Source of the DNA: Ginglymostoma cirratum
Lineage: Eukaryota
Direction of reading: 5' to 3'
Assembly (NCBI GenBank): GCA_024137785.1
Contig: JAHRHZ010000019.1
Span: forward strand, 26,158,327-26,222,326
DNA length: 64,000 nt
Part shown: one piece after another, positions 1 through 12,330 of the stretch
Layout: every line of letters begins with the position of its first letter
How positions within the stretch are numbered: position 1 is the first letter of the stretch
Made by a program: the position numbers and the translations under genes
Notes under the pieces: generated by a model
What the model was told of the DNA's origin: nothing
The model's input: the letters and a program-made list of their open reading frames with translations, nothing else
Databases searched by the model: none

Positions 1-223
1 ACTGGTGTCACAGACAAATCATCCAGTCAAAGACACCACAGCCCCACAAAATTGTCATCCAAATTGCATTTCCCTTCCCCTTCATCTTTTCCTCTTCCTG
101 CTCCTTAGATACTCTTGCTGCACACCTGTCATAGCTACATGCTGACAATTTTGCGTAGCATGCAGCAGACCAACACAAATCTTGACATTCATTTAAACAA
201 GTACTATGGGCCTCTTGCATACC

Positions 224-431
224 AACAACAAAAACAAAGTTGCTGGAAAAGTTCATCTGTGAAGGAAAAAACAGAGTTAACGTTTTGTTGCCGTTCTGAG
301 GAACGGTGCCTGGACCCGAAACATTATCTCTGTTTTTTCCTTCACAGATGCTGCCAGACCTGCTGACCTTTTCCAGCAACTTTGTTTTTATTCCTGATTT
401 ACAGCATCTGCAATCCTTTCAGTTTTTGTCT
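224..431. mobile_element. Fold-back (inverted) Penelope-like terminal-repeat insertion with hammerhead-like motif
   Basis: Left arm (~228-285) is the reverse complement of the right arm (~319-389). Flanked by a 12-bp direct repeat CTCTTGCATACC at 212-223 and 432-443. Same family as the terminus at 6961-7108. Confidence 0.8.
293..329 (+). ncRNA. Degenerate minimal hammerhead ribozyme motif
   Basis: CTGAGGA (296-302), imperfect stem II CGGTGCCTGGACCC, GAAA (318-321), then CATT (consensus CGTT). Confidence 0.5.
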
Positions 432-1163
432 CTCTTGCATACCCAGCCAGGCAATGGAAGTATTGTGTCAGCACTATCAATGGTCTTCTTGAACATATTT
501 TGTGCGACATCATGGTTGTCATTGTGTGTATAGAGTCTACATGTGCAAAAATTATTGACTGGGGTCATTGTCTATTTTTGAAATTGGATAACCTTTCTTA
601 CTGAGCATCCACCATTTGATTTTGTGCGCTGGCTCGAATGTAGATGATTCAACTGCTGTAGATGAAAGCATCATGACTGCTGACATAATATCGAGTAGGA
701 TTCTTCACAAATGGTCACATATCAGCTGGATATTGAGCGACTGGAATCCCTTTCAGGTTTGGTTGATCTCAGAGTTGACACGTAGCACCTGCCAACTGAC
801 GTGTGCATAGGCAATGGTAGCCTGCAGATGGAGAAACTTGACTGCCCACTCTATGTGCTGTTCTCTGGCAAGAGAGAATGAATATTAGTTAGCTTTCTTT
901 GAATGGGGAGCTTCAGTGATCTCTCTAACACATTGGATGATACTGAACAGTGAAATGTTGCAAATATTCCGTTTCCAACCTGGAAGGGACTCAACATATA
1001 GAAGTTCATGGCTACAGTCATTGACAAAGTTATCCTTGCTTTGATATGTGATTGCAGCTATGGCTGCAATTGGTGGCAGATATCAGTGAAGAAATCCTTA
1101 ATGAAGCAGAGACAGCTTACACACTAAAATTAACGTAAAGTACTATAGATACTGGTGATAAGA

Positions 1164-1229
1164 AATACAAACAGAAAGTGTTGGGCAAATGAGATCTGTT
1201 GACTATCTCCAGCACTTTCTGTTTGTATT
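1164..1229. repeat. Short inverted repeat (21-bp arms, 1 mismatch), probably a PLE-terminal remnant
   Basis: AATACAAACAGAAAGTGTTGG (1164-1184) versus CCAGCACTTTCTGTTTGTATT (1209-1229). Confidence 0.65.
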
Positions 1230-2344
1230 ACACCTCTCATATCAATCCTCGCTATGATTCAGTTGAAGAATTTATCCCTGAACATCCTAGGCAAATGTGG
1301 CTTCTTGCTGAGAACTCGTCTCCCTCTTCCACTTCCACTTCCAGCAGTTGGACCTGCTGTATGTCACCTCTGCTCATTCTCCTTGTAATGCTGTAGCCAA
1401 GAATGATGCATGCTGCTGCATCCATGTCTGGAAGAAAGTAGGTTGTGTACTTTGAAGTCAGGCAAAAGTCCTTCATTATTTGCCACACCTCTCATTGTAG
1501 ACTGCAGCATCTCTAAAGAACTTCAGCGAGCACAAAACATGTGTATAATTCCAGCAGCAGTCAGTATAAATCAATCAGTAACTAACAAATAATGTTGCTG
1601 ATGATCCCTTTAAATAACTTTGGTTCCGGTTCCTTCCTGCTGTTGGACCCATGTTCAGCCTTATGTAACTGAGAGGTGACATTTGCCGCTGCCTTAAGCT
1701 TCAAACTGACAAGACTTATGTCACATCAGTCTTAGGCAATGATTGACTTCATGAGTTGTATACACTGCATACAACTGATTCACCGTAAGCACAATAACTC
1801 CCTCAACCTATTTGCTTATGAGGCAAATCACAGCAGATACGTGTGTGTAAACTGCAGATGCCATTTTGGATCTCTAACTGCACTTGTGGTGCCCAAAATG
1901 GATTGAACCTTTGTATCAGTTAACAGCATATATCAAATCTTATGGCATGAAAATGTAACACATTGATCAGAATTTTGTAGTCAGTGTTAAAGAAATAGCA
2001 ACTTTCTGTTAGTTATTCACAAAGTTTCTGAGCAGAGACTCAGTCTTATTCTGTACAGCAGGACTTTTGGGTTATCCATGAGCAGACGAAAACAGTGATG
2101 GTCGCGAATCAATAGAATTTTTCAACATTCTAGCTCTGGAGATCTTGCATGTTGGCCTTACCGTACCATTTGATTATTTTCATTATTCTATATCTGAACT
2201 ATTTGAACCTGTCAATTTGATCATTGTTTATGATTACTCCCAAATATCTATTGTGCTCTTCCAGCTGAAAATCGCTATACTTATCAATAGGTCACTCACC
2301 TGTCTTTTTTATGATGCAGATTTTGGACAGTAATTTTCAAATTT

Positions 2345-2680
2345 ATTTCTTGGGCATCACTAGCAAGGCAAACATTCATGGCCCATCCTGAATTGCCCTT
2401 GAACTGAGCAGCTTGTTAGACATTGCTGTGGGGCCTGTGGTCATATGTAGACCAGACTGGGTAAGGATAGCAAATTCAGTTTCTTCATGGGCATTAGTAA
2501 AACAGATGCATTTGTGTTAAATCATTGTCATTATTCAGGCTAGCTTTATATTACAGATTTATTGATTAATTTTAAACTCCACTCATCTTCATGGTAAAAT
2601 ATGAACCTACATCCAAACAGCTTTAAGTTGGGTCTCCGGGTTACTAATTCAATGACATTTCCACTACACCACTACCTGCA
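2345..2680 (-). mobile_element. Old SINE/LINE tail fragment
   Basis: Resembles the start of the element at 26745 (GC..CATTT/CATTCATGGCCCATCC..AATTGCCCTTGA). Heavily decayed; family not assigned. Confidence 0.4.
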
Positions 2681-3489
2681 ATTCACAGCGTCAGTAGATT
2701 CAGTAAGGGTGTTATTGTAGACACAGTTAGCAGCTACCAGATGTATGCACAGTTGACAGATTGTGACATCAGCCAGTGTGGAATAGAGATTTGATGCCAG
2801 GGCTGCTTTCTAAACTATCAATGCTCATTTTTAACATGGAATAGAGAAGACAGCAACTTCCTAGTACAAGCCTAAGCAGTTAAATGGACCAGAAAGGAAA
2901 TTGCTGTGCTGGTGTTACCCTGCTTGCCAACAGTTTGCACTGTAACAGAATCTTGCTGATAGGCATACATTTTAAGGAATGCAACGGCCAACCTTCCCAT
3001 TGATGAGTTGCTAAGGAACACTGATTTTGAACTCACAGTTTATCAACAGAAAGTAACTCAGATTCAGGCTTCAATACAGCTCAGGCCTCACTGTGGTAAC
3101 AAGGGGCAGGCAGCAGGATAACTTTGCCTGCTGACTGTTAAGGTAAAATAAAAGATTAGTTCCAATCTTTTATATACATTTATCATAACCCTGTTACTCT
3201 AGAGCTGATTAATATATGCCAAGATTCTAGTGATCTTGTGATGGCTTTACCTCTACCAGCATGTGTACTTTTGGCTAATCGAGACTCATGGAAGCTAATT
3301 GGAATTTATCCTTGTTCTACTGCAGAAAAAGGAGCTAGCTATTTGATGAGTCTTTGGTAACTGGTGAAGGTCTTAGTGTTTTTATACTTTAACTTAGTAC
3401 ACAAATTGGTGGTCAATGTAACAAAATGCATAAAAGGCAACAGAAATAAGTGAATAATAAAACCAATTAATCAATTAAAACACATTAAG

Positions 3490-4360
3490 GATGGCAAGAC
3501 AGGTGATGGATCACAACTGCAGCATGTGGGAGTTCCTGGACGCCAATTTGTTCCACAGCATACCAATATGCAGCACAAGAGTTTGAAGTTTGAGCAGTTT
3601 TACAATGCATCAGGAAAGGGAAAAGTTATCTAGATTATTTGGACCAGGAGGCAGTCACACGTTTAGGGTTGAGACATCTGATTTGGCCAGTGTTCAGTGA
3701 TCAGAGACACTAACTGCAAGTAACCCAGCTAAGAGGACCCAGACAGCAGAAGCACAGGACCCTTGGCCTTTGCAATTGTTCAACATGTTTGAGATTCTTT
3801 CAGATTGTTTGGATGGGAGGGAGGGTTGCAGGGTGAATAAGCCAACTGATCCATTGCACCATGTAGCACAAAGTCATTTAAGAGGGGGAGTAAGAAGGAA
3901 TATAAAAGTAGTAGGAACAGTATAGTGAGGAAGATTGACACCATAGCAATAAATAATATTTCAGATGGCTATGTTTCTTGCCAGTGCCAGGATTCAGAAC
4001 ATCTGCTCCGGGCTGGGGAGGAACTTGCACTGGGGTGTCAGGGTGGGAGTAGAGGGATCCAGTCATTAGGGTCCATGTAGATACCAATAACTTAGGCAGG
4101 ATAAAGAAGGAGGTTCTTCATGTCAATCAAATCAAGAAACAGAACCTCCATGCTCATATTCTCTGCATTATTCTCTGATTCACATACAAACTGCTATTGG
4201 GCAAGTCAGATTAGAGACAGGAATGTGTGGTTCAAAGGCTGAATTGGGAGAAGTGAGTTCCAGTTCCTGGGGCACCAGCACCAGTACTGAGTAAAGTGGG
4301 ATCTGTAATGGTGGGATGGTGACCATTAGAACCATGCCGGGCCAGTATTCTTTCCAACAT
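3490..4360 (+). mobile_element. Decayed CR1-type LINE ORF1 (Cys-rich N-terminus plus SGNH esterase)
   Basis: CSMWE near 3518, LPxARIQNI near 3978 and DPVIRVHVDTNNLGR near 4056 match the esterase blocks of CR1 ORF1 (LPGA..; VHVGTND). Confidence 0.55.
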
Positions 4361-5877
4361 AATGCTGGAAGTAGAATGGATTTTAAACTTAACAGTGGGA
4401 GCAAGGAATCAAAATTGGGAAGATAATGTAAATCGAATAATGGAGTTAAGGCCAAAGAGAAAGATATTAAAATGGGAAATAATAAACAGATTATGATAGT
4501 GGGGGATAGAGAATATGAACCTAAAGGTCATATTCATAACCTAAGAAGAAGTGCCAAAGTAAGGAGAAAACAGCTCCAAGCTTCTGTCATTGTTTCTTGG
4601 CTCAAATGATCTGTGATAAGACAACTGCAATTGAATCATCTGCAGAATGAATTACATGCTGGTTTATTTATGTATTAGGATGAGAATTTATTTGCAAAGC
4701 TTATAAATAATGGAGTATGAGAGCAGGAATGGTATGGACATTACATATTTGGCATTTGCCTTCTTATTTTCATCTTCTAAGACCTCCACTTTTGACTTGT
4801 ACAGTGGTTTGCCAGCATCCTCGTCATAAGTAACTAGAAACCAGAAACTGAGGGAGGCCAACATCTATTTCAGTTCTCTGATCCAAATTATCAGATTTTT
4901 TCTCCTTGAAGAAGGAAATGAACAGTATGACCTCATCTGGTTGCCATGTTGCGTGATCTCACATAGCTGGCAAGAAGCATTGGGATGGGAGAGAGCAATC
5001 GTGCTTATGGAACAAGTTATTGTGTGAGGATTTAGTGTATCCTTTCATGTTAGATATTGGGGGAAAGTGCAGCTGGGGATGAAAGAAGAGGAGGTGATAA
5101 GTTGTACATAACCTCTTCTCCCATGATAGTGGTAAATTTAGGAGCACTTAAATGTAGTGAAAAATAATTTTAACTGTAAATGATTATTGTCATTACAAGG
5201 TACCACTGTCTCCTCTTACTTTGGCTGCCTTAGGTAGGTTGTTACCTTAACTTTAATTGCAGTGCAGGGGTATTGAAGACGGCATGAATTGCTCCATCGC
5301 TAATAATTTCCACTGCGCCTGGATATTCCTTGTTGATAAGTGCTTGTATTCAATGCCAAATATTTCTTCCAAATCCTGTTTATTTTGGACAAGTAATCCC
5401 TCTGGTAATCGTTTGAAGGATCAAGGTGCTATAGCTCTACTTATAAACATTTTTAGAGAAACTTTCAAGTAGGATTCAACTATTGAAATATTGTCATCTG
5501 TATACTTAAAATATTCAGTAGTTTAACTACAAACAGCTTTGGATTTCCTGGCACCTTGTAGCCAGCAAGTGGTATTATAGTTGTGAGATAACAAACAAAT
5601 TAAAATGATCCTCAACCCAGGAACCCAGCCAGACTAATAGGGAGTCATATCGGGAGGCAAATGATCTGTCTCATTGCACGACCACCAAATAGCCGGATAA
5701 GAACATAAAACATAGGAACAAGAGTAAACCATACAATTTCCCGAGACTGCTTCAAGATTAAATATCAGAACTGATCTTTGCCCTGACCTCCACTTTTCCA
5801 TTTGATCCCATATTCCTTTATTCCACTAGAGGCCAAAATTCCAAGCCTTGAACATATTCAACAACTGAGCTTGCGCA

Positions 5878-7108
5878 TTTCTGTTTCCATTTCTGGAGAT
5901 AGACTGGCCACTAATATCCACTACAAACCCATTGACTCCCACAGCTACCTGGACTATACATTCTTACACCCCAACTCCTGTAAAGACTCCATCCCATTCT
6001 CTTAGCTCCTCCATCTCAATTGCATATGTTCAGAGGAGGCCAACTTTGACAAGGGAGCCTCCGAAATGTCCACCTTCTTCCTCAACCAAGGATTCCCCAG
6101 CTCCTTTGTAGACAGGGCCCTCAACAAGGTCGGACCCGTCTCCTGCTCTTCCGCCCTCACCCCTTCTCTTCCCTCCCTCAACAGTGATGGGGTTCCCCTT
6201 GTCCTTACCTACCATCCCACCAGCATCCACATCCAGAAGATCATCAGGTGCCATTTCCACCACCTCCAGCAAGATGCCACTACCAGACACATATTCCCCT
6301 CCCCTCCTTTGTCCGCCTTCCACAGGGACCGTTCCCTCCAGGACACCCTGGTCCACTCTTCCTTCATCCCCAGCACTTCCCCACAGCCCTACTGCACCTT
6401 CCCTGTAACCGGTGAAGGTGCAACACCTGCCCATTTACCTCCTCCCTCTAGTCTATTGCATTCACTGCTCACAATGTGGTATCCTCTACATTGGGGAAAC
6501 GAAGCGTAAAGTGGATGACTGCTTCGCAGAACATCTGTGTTCTGCTCACAAAAAAGATGCTGAACTACCCATTGCCTGCCACGTTAACGCACCACCCTGT
6601 TCCCTGGCCAACATCTCTGTCTCTGGGTTGTTGTAGTGTTCTAGCGAAGCTCAACGCAAGCTGGAAGAACAACACCTCATCTTCCACTTGGGGACCCTGC
6701 AGCCCTCTGAACTCAATATCAAGTTCAATAATTTTAGGGCCTAAACTCGACCATGGCCCAGACCGTACCCCACACACCAGGCCTTGTTACCACATAGCCA
6801 GCCATTACATACTACCTATAATTAGTCACTAATAGTCCCCATTAACACCTATTCACCCTCCCAGCCTGATCGTCATCAACCCTTTAGGCTCCATCCTATC
6901 GTTTACTCCCTACCCCATCCCCCTCCCCTTTTTTCTGCATATAAAATGATGTTTTCCCAGCCACCATCAGTTCTGAGGAAGGGTCACTGGACCCAAGACA
7001 TTAACTCTGATTTTTCCTTCACAGATGCTGCCAGACCTGCTGAGCTTTTCCAGCAACTTTGTTTTTGTTCCTGATTTACAGCATCTGCAGTTCTTTCGGT
7101 TTTTATTC
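5878..7108 (+). mobile_element. 5'-truncated Penelope-like retroelement (RT thumb, linker, GIY-YIG endonuclease, terminal repeat); pseudogenised
   Basis: Pieces IHYKPIDSHSYLDY, FFLNQGFPSSFV, PLVLTYHP, VYCIHCSQCGILYIGETKR..FAEHL (GIY-YIG) and EEQHLIFHLGTLQPSELN, with stops and frameshifts. TSD AGCTTGC(G/A)CA at 5868-5877 and 7109-7118. Confidence 0.9.
6969..7006 (+). ncRNA. Hammerhead ribozyme motif in PLE terminal repeat (core mutated)
   Basis: AGTT-CTGAGGA-A-GGGTC ACTG GACCC-AAGACATT-AACT. Perfect 5-bp stem II and 4-bp stem I (AGUU/AACU); GAAACGTT has decayed to AAGACATT. Confidence 0.6.
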
Positions 7109-7696
7109 AGCTTGCACAGACTTTTGTGACAGAGAATTCTAGACATTCATAAGTCTCTGAATGAAGAATTTCCTTCACATCTAAGTATTAAATGATCAAC
7201 TCCTTACCCTGTTACTATGTCCCCAGTTCTAAACTTTGCAGTTAAGGGAAACAATCTTTCAGTATCTATCCTGTCAAACCCGTATGTTATATATTTCAAA
7301 GGTAAGTAAGTCCTTCCTTTGGAACAGAGACCAAAAGTGTGCACTGTATTTCAGGTCTGGTCTCACCAACATTTCATTATTCTTGTGCCATAAACCTCAG
7401 CATGCTACTTGCTGAAGTATTTGCTTGCTGTATCTTCCTGCCAAATGTCTGTGCTTCTTTGAAGAGGACACTAAATGCTACTGAAAAGCAACATCTATAA
7501 TTTCTCATCTCTTTAAAAAAAAGTCTGTCTTTCTATTCTTGCTACTAAAGTGAATTAACTCACGTTTAACTATGTTATCCACGAAGAGCTACCTTTCTGC
7601 CACTCACTTAAACTGTATATGCCATTTTACAGGTTAACGGTGTTCTCCTATCCCACACAGCTTTGCGTGATCAGCAAACTGGATACCATTACTTTA

Positions 7697-7759
7697 AGTT
7701 TTCCTGCTCCTATGATGCTGCTTGACCTGCTGTGTTCATCCAGCCCCATGCTTGTTATC
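7697..7759 (+). mobile_element. 63-bp PLE-terminal micro-insertion with 12-bp TSD
   Basis: TSD ACCATTACTTTA at 7685-7696 and 7760-7771. Insert is near-identical to the arms at 47230-47292 and 47697-47749. Confidence 0.85.
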
Positions 7760-7869
7760 ACCATTACTTTATGTGTTATTTAATCTAAGTCATAGGAAAA
7801 CCATGAGGTTTCTTGCAGCGATTCACTAGTTATACCACAGAAGGCATACTAATTTGAAAATGTTTCATT

Positions 7870-9065
7870 TAGTTGTGTGGAAACATGAGAGCAAGAGTAG
7901 ATCATTCAGCACATTGAAACCACCATTCAATACTAGCTGATCTAATATTATTTCAATGCTTTTTATCCACCTCATCCCCATACCCTGTATGCCACTGGTA
8001 ATTAAAAATTTATCAATCTCAAACATACTCAAAGACTGAACTTCCACAGCCTTCTATGGTATGGTTCACAATCCTCTGAGTAAACTAAATTCTCCTCATT
8101 TTGAACCTAAGTAACATCCCCCTTATTTTTGAACTGTGCCCCTCGTTCTAGACTGGTTCCCAACTAAAAGAAACATCTTTCCTGCATAAACTCTACTTAT
8201 CCCTTGAGGTACTTTGTAAGTTTCAATAAGATCACCTCTCATTCTTCAAAACACTAGAGATGATAGACCCAATTTGCCCCTTTTCTCTTCATAGAACAGT
8301 CCTATCATCAAAGGAAGAAGTCTGGTGAACCTTCATTGCACTCCATCAAGACATGATAATAATGTCTTTCCTGAGAGCAGGAGACCAAAACTGCACACGG
8401 TACTCCAGATGCAGTCTAACCAAGTGCTTATACAATTGAAGCAAGAATTCATTACTTCTGTACTCATTCCATTAGCTTTCCAAATAGCTTGCTGAATCAG
8501 CATCTTAGCCTTCAGTGACTTGGGCGACACGCTGGCTCATCGGTTAGACTGCTGCCTCACAATACCAGGAACCCAGATTTGATTCCAGCCTCAGGTGACT
8601 GCCTGTGCGGCATTTGCACATTGTCTCTGCGTCAATGTAGGTTTCCTCCAGTTTCCTCCCATAAACACATGCAGGTTAGGTAGATTGGCCTGCTAAATTC
8701 CCTATAGTGTCCAGGGATGTGTAGGCTAGGTGGTTTAGCCATGGGAAATGCAAGGTTATCGGGTAGAGGGGCAGGTCTGGGTGGGCTGCTCTTCAGAGGG
8801 TTGGTGTGGGTTTGATGGGCTGAATGGCCTATCTCTATAACTTATTGATCAGGACAAGTATGTCCTCTCTTAAAGCTACACTTTCCAAACTCTTATGGTT
8901 TAAGAAATACTCTGCACATCTAATTCTCCTAACAAAGTAGATAACATCAGATTTTCCACATTATATTCAATCTGCCTTGTTCTTGCCCACTCATTATGCC
9001 TGTCCAAACCCTGCTGGACTCACTTTACATCTTCCTCACGACATACTTCCGCACTTAGCTTTCTT
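7870..9065 (-). mobile_element. CR1-type LINE 3' fragment interrupted by a SINE (8522-8840)
   Basis: Antisense CR1 RT/tail hallmarks (AGATCACCTCTCATTCTTC, GGAGACCAAAACTGCACACGGTACTCCAGATG). The minus-strand ORF 8333-8530 is CR1-like. Confidence 0.7.
8522..8840 (+). mobile_element. HE1-type tRNA-derived V-SINE
   Basis: GGGCGACAC..TGGCTCA..GGTTAG head, B-box-like TTTGATTCC, V-domain GGTTTCCTCC..TGCAGGTTAGGTAGATTGGC and CR1-like tail GGGCTGAATGGCCT. Confidence 0.85.
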
Positions 9066-9436
9066 ACCATTAATCAGTTTTTTCTTACATTACAACTACT
9101 CCACTCCCCTAACCATGTATTCTAACTTTCAGGCAAATGTCCTTTCCAGAGCTAACCAAGAGAGGCTGCAGTAAATATTGTACTGAATTTCCAGGACCTG
9201 TTGGAAAATGGATAGGGGGCAGTAACTCACCTTGAACAGCGAACGAAGACCTGCTATCTCCGAGTCATCTTCGCTGTGACTAGGGTAACATTTAGTGGGG
9301 CCTTGCTGGAGTCATGCAGTGGATAGGTTTAAAAGTGGAAATTGAAAACTCCATTGCCATTTTTGGTCTGAACTGCCTACACTTGTATTCAACCAGTATT
9401 TGCTGCTAGTCCAGCCATAGACAGAATGACAGGCTT

Positions 9437-9523
9437 CTATGATGCTACTTGGCCTGCTGTGTCCATCCAGCTCCACACCTTGTTATCTCGGATTCTCCAG
9501 CATCCGCAGTACCTATTATCTCT
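9437..9523 (+). mobile_element. PLE terminal-repeat fragment
   Basis: GATGCTACTTGGCCTGCTGTGTCCATCCAGCTCCACACCTTGTTATCTCGGATTCTCCAGCATCCGCAGTACC, same family as 21662-21850 and 41989-42172. Confidence 0.8.
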
Positions 9524-11119
9524 AACAGTAAGTTCTGATGTCTTTGACCTCTTACGATGGGAATGAATACGTTTCCTCTGCGTGTTGAAAGTTTACGCAT
9601 GCTCAAGGGTAAAGATTCTAGTCATACTACCCCAGTTAAACAGAAAATGTAGGTTTATAAAATAAAACTCGTAGTCTTACCCAAAATGTATTGAAAAACG
9701 ATGATCATTTTCTCAAACATGGAGCGTCTTTGTGTCTAGGCCTGGAAAGGCTTCATCTGACATGGCGTACGTGCTCATCTTTAAACTTTAGTGAAAGTTA
9801 AAGCCTATTACATACAAGATTTTGAAACAAAAGGCTTTTCTTATCATATACTGAGAATAACTGAAGTATTGTCTACACGTGCGATATCCACAACACATTT
9901 AAACGTTATATCACACAGTATAAAAACAATTGTGCAAAAACATAGTTTATTGATTCTTCTGGGAGTTTCTGATAAGTTGTCACGCTTCTGATTCCTGAAT
10001 GTCTTTCTTAATGTGTGGGTGGGTGAAAAACAACATTTTTTTTCATTCCGCACTGGTCTTTTGCTAAACGTTTGCCTGTCAGTAATAATGAACAAAATGA
10101 ACTTGCCCAACCAAGTACTGGAATCTGCTGTTTATCTTGGTATCTTTCTGCCAAACAGCAGGTGGAGCTGCTGCTTTTTTCGTGTCCGTTGTGTTGATTT
10201 CAGGTGAGAAGATGCGAGAGGAGAATTAATAAAAACGGCAGCAAGGACAAAGACGCCAAAGGAGACGGACATGGAGAAAGGACCTCCCTGTGTTTCGTGT
10301 ATACTATTAAGTCACACCATTACTGAGGAAATTACATAAATCGGCAATGACTTGGAACAAGCAAAAAGATGGTCTAAGTGCATGAAGTGATTAAGTCATA
10401 TTTCCTTATAGATGTGAGTAACCACGTATTATGTAAATTACCCAGGTTCTAGTTAACTGGCTGCAGTAGTCACCACTTATGCGCTGCACTGTGTTTATAC
10501 CGTGTTATGTTGTAGTTAATACCGTGTAACGTTGTATTTTGTGTAATATTGTCTAAAACATTGCAACTTGTTTGTTAATGTAGATTTGCAGTTTTGTCAT
10601 TGAACGCAAAGTTATCGAAAAACATGATTACAATGCATATGTGTTTACTCGGATTACAAAATCGTTAGCAGGGACTGTCTTTGTTTTTTTCTTCCATCCA
10701 GTTAGTAATTCAATAGACATTCAGTATACTTACAGTTTAAATATATGCAATTAATTTTGCGGGTTGCACAACCAAAACCTTTTCTCCGTTGCTGTGTTAA
10801 GGAAAAAAAATGGTGTTCATGTACAGTTCAGAATAAATTCCTGGCCTGTGTGAGGCCCAAACAAATATCTTTAAGCGGTTTTCGTCCACTTTAAAGCTGA
10901 GTTCCGAACTCAGAGCCGGATCTTGTTTCCGAACGCGCGGCATCGCCGGTACTTGCCATGTCCTCAAATCATTTTCTGATTGATTTCTGACTGATCACCG
11001 TTATCAGTGTTTAAGGAAAGCTTACACCAGGAAAGGTAACGCCGGAAATACCAAATCCAATTAAAATAAATATCTGAAAATCCTCTACCTCTCGGCTATG
11101 CGTCTACACAAGCGAAACA

Positions 11120-11200
11120 CTGCAGACGCTGCAAGTCTGAACAAAACTGAAAGCGGTGGAAATACTCAGCAGATCTGGCAGCGTCTGTGGAGAGAAACTC
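11120..11200 (-). mobile_element. PLE terminal-repeat fragment
   Basis: Antisense of the ACAGATGCTGCCAGACCTGCTGAG..CAGCATCTGCAG terminus. Confidence 0.65.
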
Positions 11201-11870
11201 AGTTCCTGTGCTGGGTTTTTAGAAGAGCACGGTCTGTGTCCCTGCCCCAGTTGAAACATGGGAGGTAGGGTCCTGCCAACAGCAATTTAACGTTGAGAGC
11301 AGCTTTGATCGCTCTAAGGTGAGATTTCAGCCCCCTACCTCGGGATGAACTCCAGTCTTTGAGAGCTTTCGGCCAATTGGATGGCCGGCAGCTCTGTAGT
11401 CCCAGCAGCGCCAACCTGGGCTGGCGGTCACTGCTGGAACTACAGGCAGCAGTGCCGCATGGAGAACCCAGGTAAGTCAGGGTCGAGGGTTTCATCAAGA
11501 GAGGTGAGGGCGGTTGGGTCCAAGAGGCTGCTGGGAGAGTCAGAGGGCAGTGGGGTTGGGAGGGAATGACCTTGTGTAGGAGTGCGTCCGATGGGTCAAA
11601 GTATGCTGAATAAAGAGCTCCCCTCAAACTTGACTGATACCAGTCCACGTTACCAACTTTCCCCCATGAGATGGAGTGCACTCATCAAATTAAATACGGG
11701 AGCTGACCCCGTCAGATAAAATATGGGAGGGGGTGACATCGATAGATGAGACTTCTCATACCAAATAAAATCAATGTTTGATGCGACAACTCCTTAAAGG
11801 GGCACTGTAACAAAAAGTCAAGATCTCAAAGGAAGCTTATTTAAACCGATGGAGAGGGATTGATGATGTA

Positions 11871-12330
11871 TAGAATTCCTACAGTGTGGAAACAGGCCCT
11901 TCGGCCCAACAAGTCCACATTGACCCTCCGAAGAGCATCCCACCCAGACCCGTCTCCCTACCCTTTCCCTGTAAACCTGCATTTCCCATGGCCAACACGT
12001 TTAGTCGACAGATCCTTAAACACTATAGGCAATTTAGTATGGCCAATCGACCTAACCTGCACATTTTCGGGCTGTGGGAGGAAACCGGAGCTCTGGAAGA
12101 AACCCACGCAGACACAGGAAAACGCGCAAATTCCACACAAACAAGTCGCCCGAGGGTGGGATCGAACCCAGATCCCTGGCACTGTGAGGCAGCAGTGCTC
12201 ACTACTGAGTCACCCTGCGGCCTCAAAAACACATTTTTTTTTACCCCTGTGGATGTAGAAGGAATGGAGAGATTAATCGAATATATGGCTCCAGCTACTA
12301 CCTAGGACCAAAAGTGGAAAGATTATTTCA
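11871..12330 (-). mobile_element. HE1-type V-SINE (11871-12224) plus ~100 bp of 5' flank, bounded by a 32-bp direct repeat
   Basis: Antisense SINE. Direct repeats at 11839-11870 and 12331-12362 (3 mismatches). 12225-12324 matches 15039-15135 in inverted orientation. Confidence 0.85.

Larger units (their letters stand above)
90..1100 (-). mobile_element. Decayed PIF/Harbinger transposase (HARBI1-like DDE nuclease) fossil, interrupted by a PLE insert at 224-431
   Basis: Minus-strand translation, with stops and frameshifts, gives the motif order of Harbinger nucleases: TVAMNFY..SPFQ (~1020-975), QATIAYAHV (~825-795, cf. GAIDCTHV), KGFQSLNIQLICDH (~755-712), SSHDAFI (~682-661), KGYP (~598-586) and SRFVLVCCML (~186-155). 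Confidence 0.7.
5697..7684 (-). mobile_element. CR1-type LINE 3' fragment split by a PLE insertion (5878-7108)
   Basis: Starts with the antisense tail AAGAACATAAAACATAGGAAC; antisense CR1 sequence resumes after 7109 (GAGAATTC..TCTGAATGAAGAATTTCCT..AGACCAAAAGTGTGCAC). Confidence 0.6.

Noticed and set aside
5260-5480. Possible integrase remnant on the minus strand (LKMFISR..LEEIFGIEYKHLSTRN)
   Set aside because: Resemblance too weak to call without a profile search.
5823-5836. CTCF-like CCACTAGAGGCCAA
   Set aside because: Mismatch in the GGC core and located within a CR1 tail fragment.
11205-11700. GC-rich segment with a 160-aa ORF, possible MITE
   Set aside because: No protein similarity recognised and no convincing TIR/TSD pair found.
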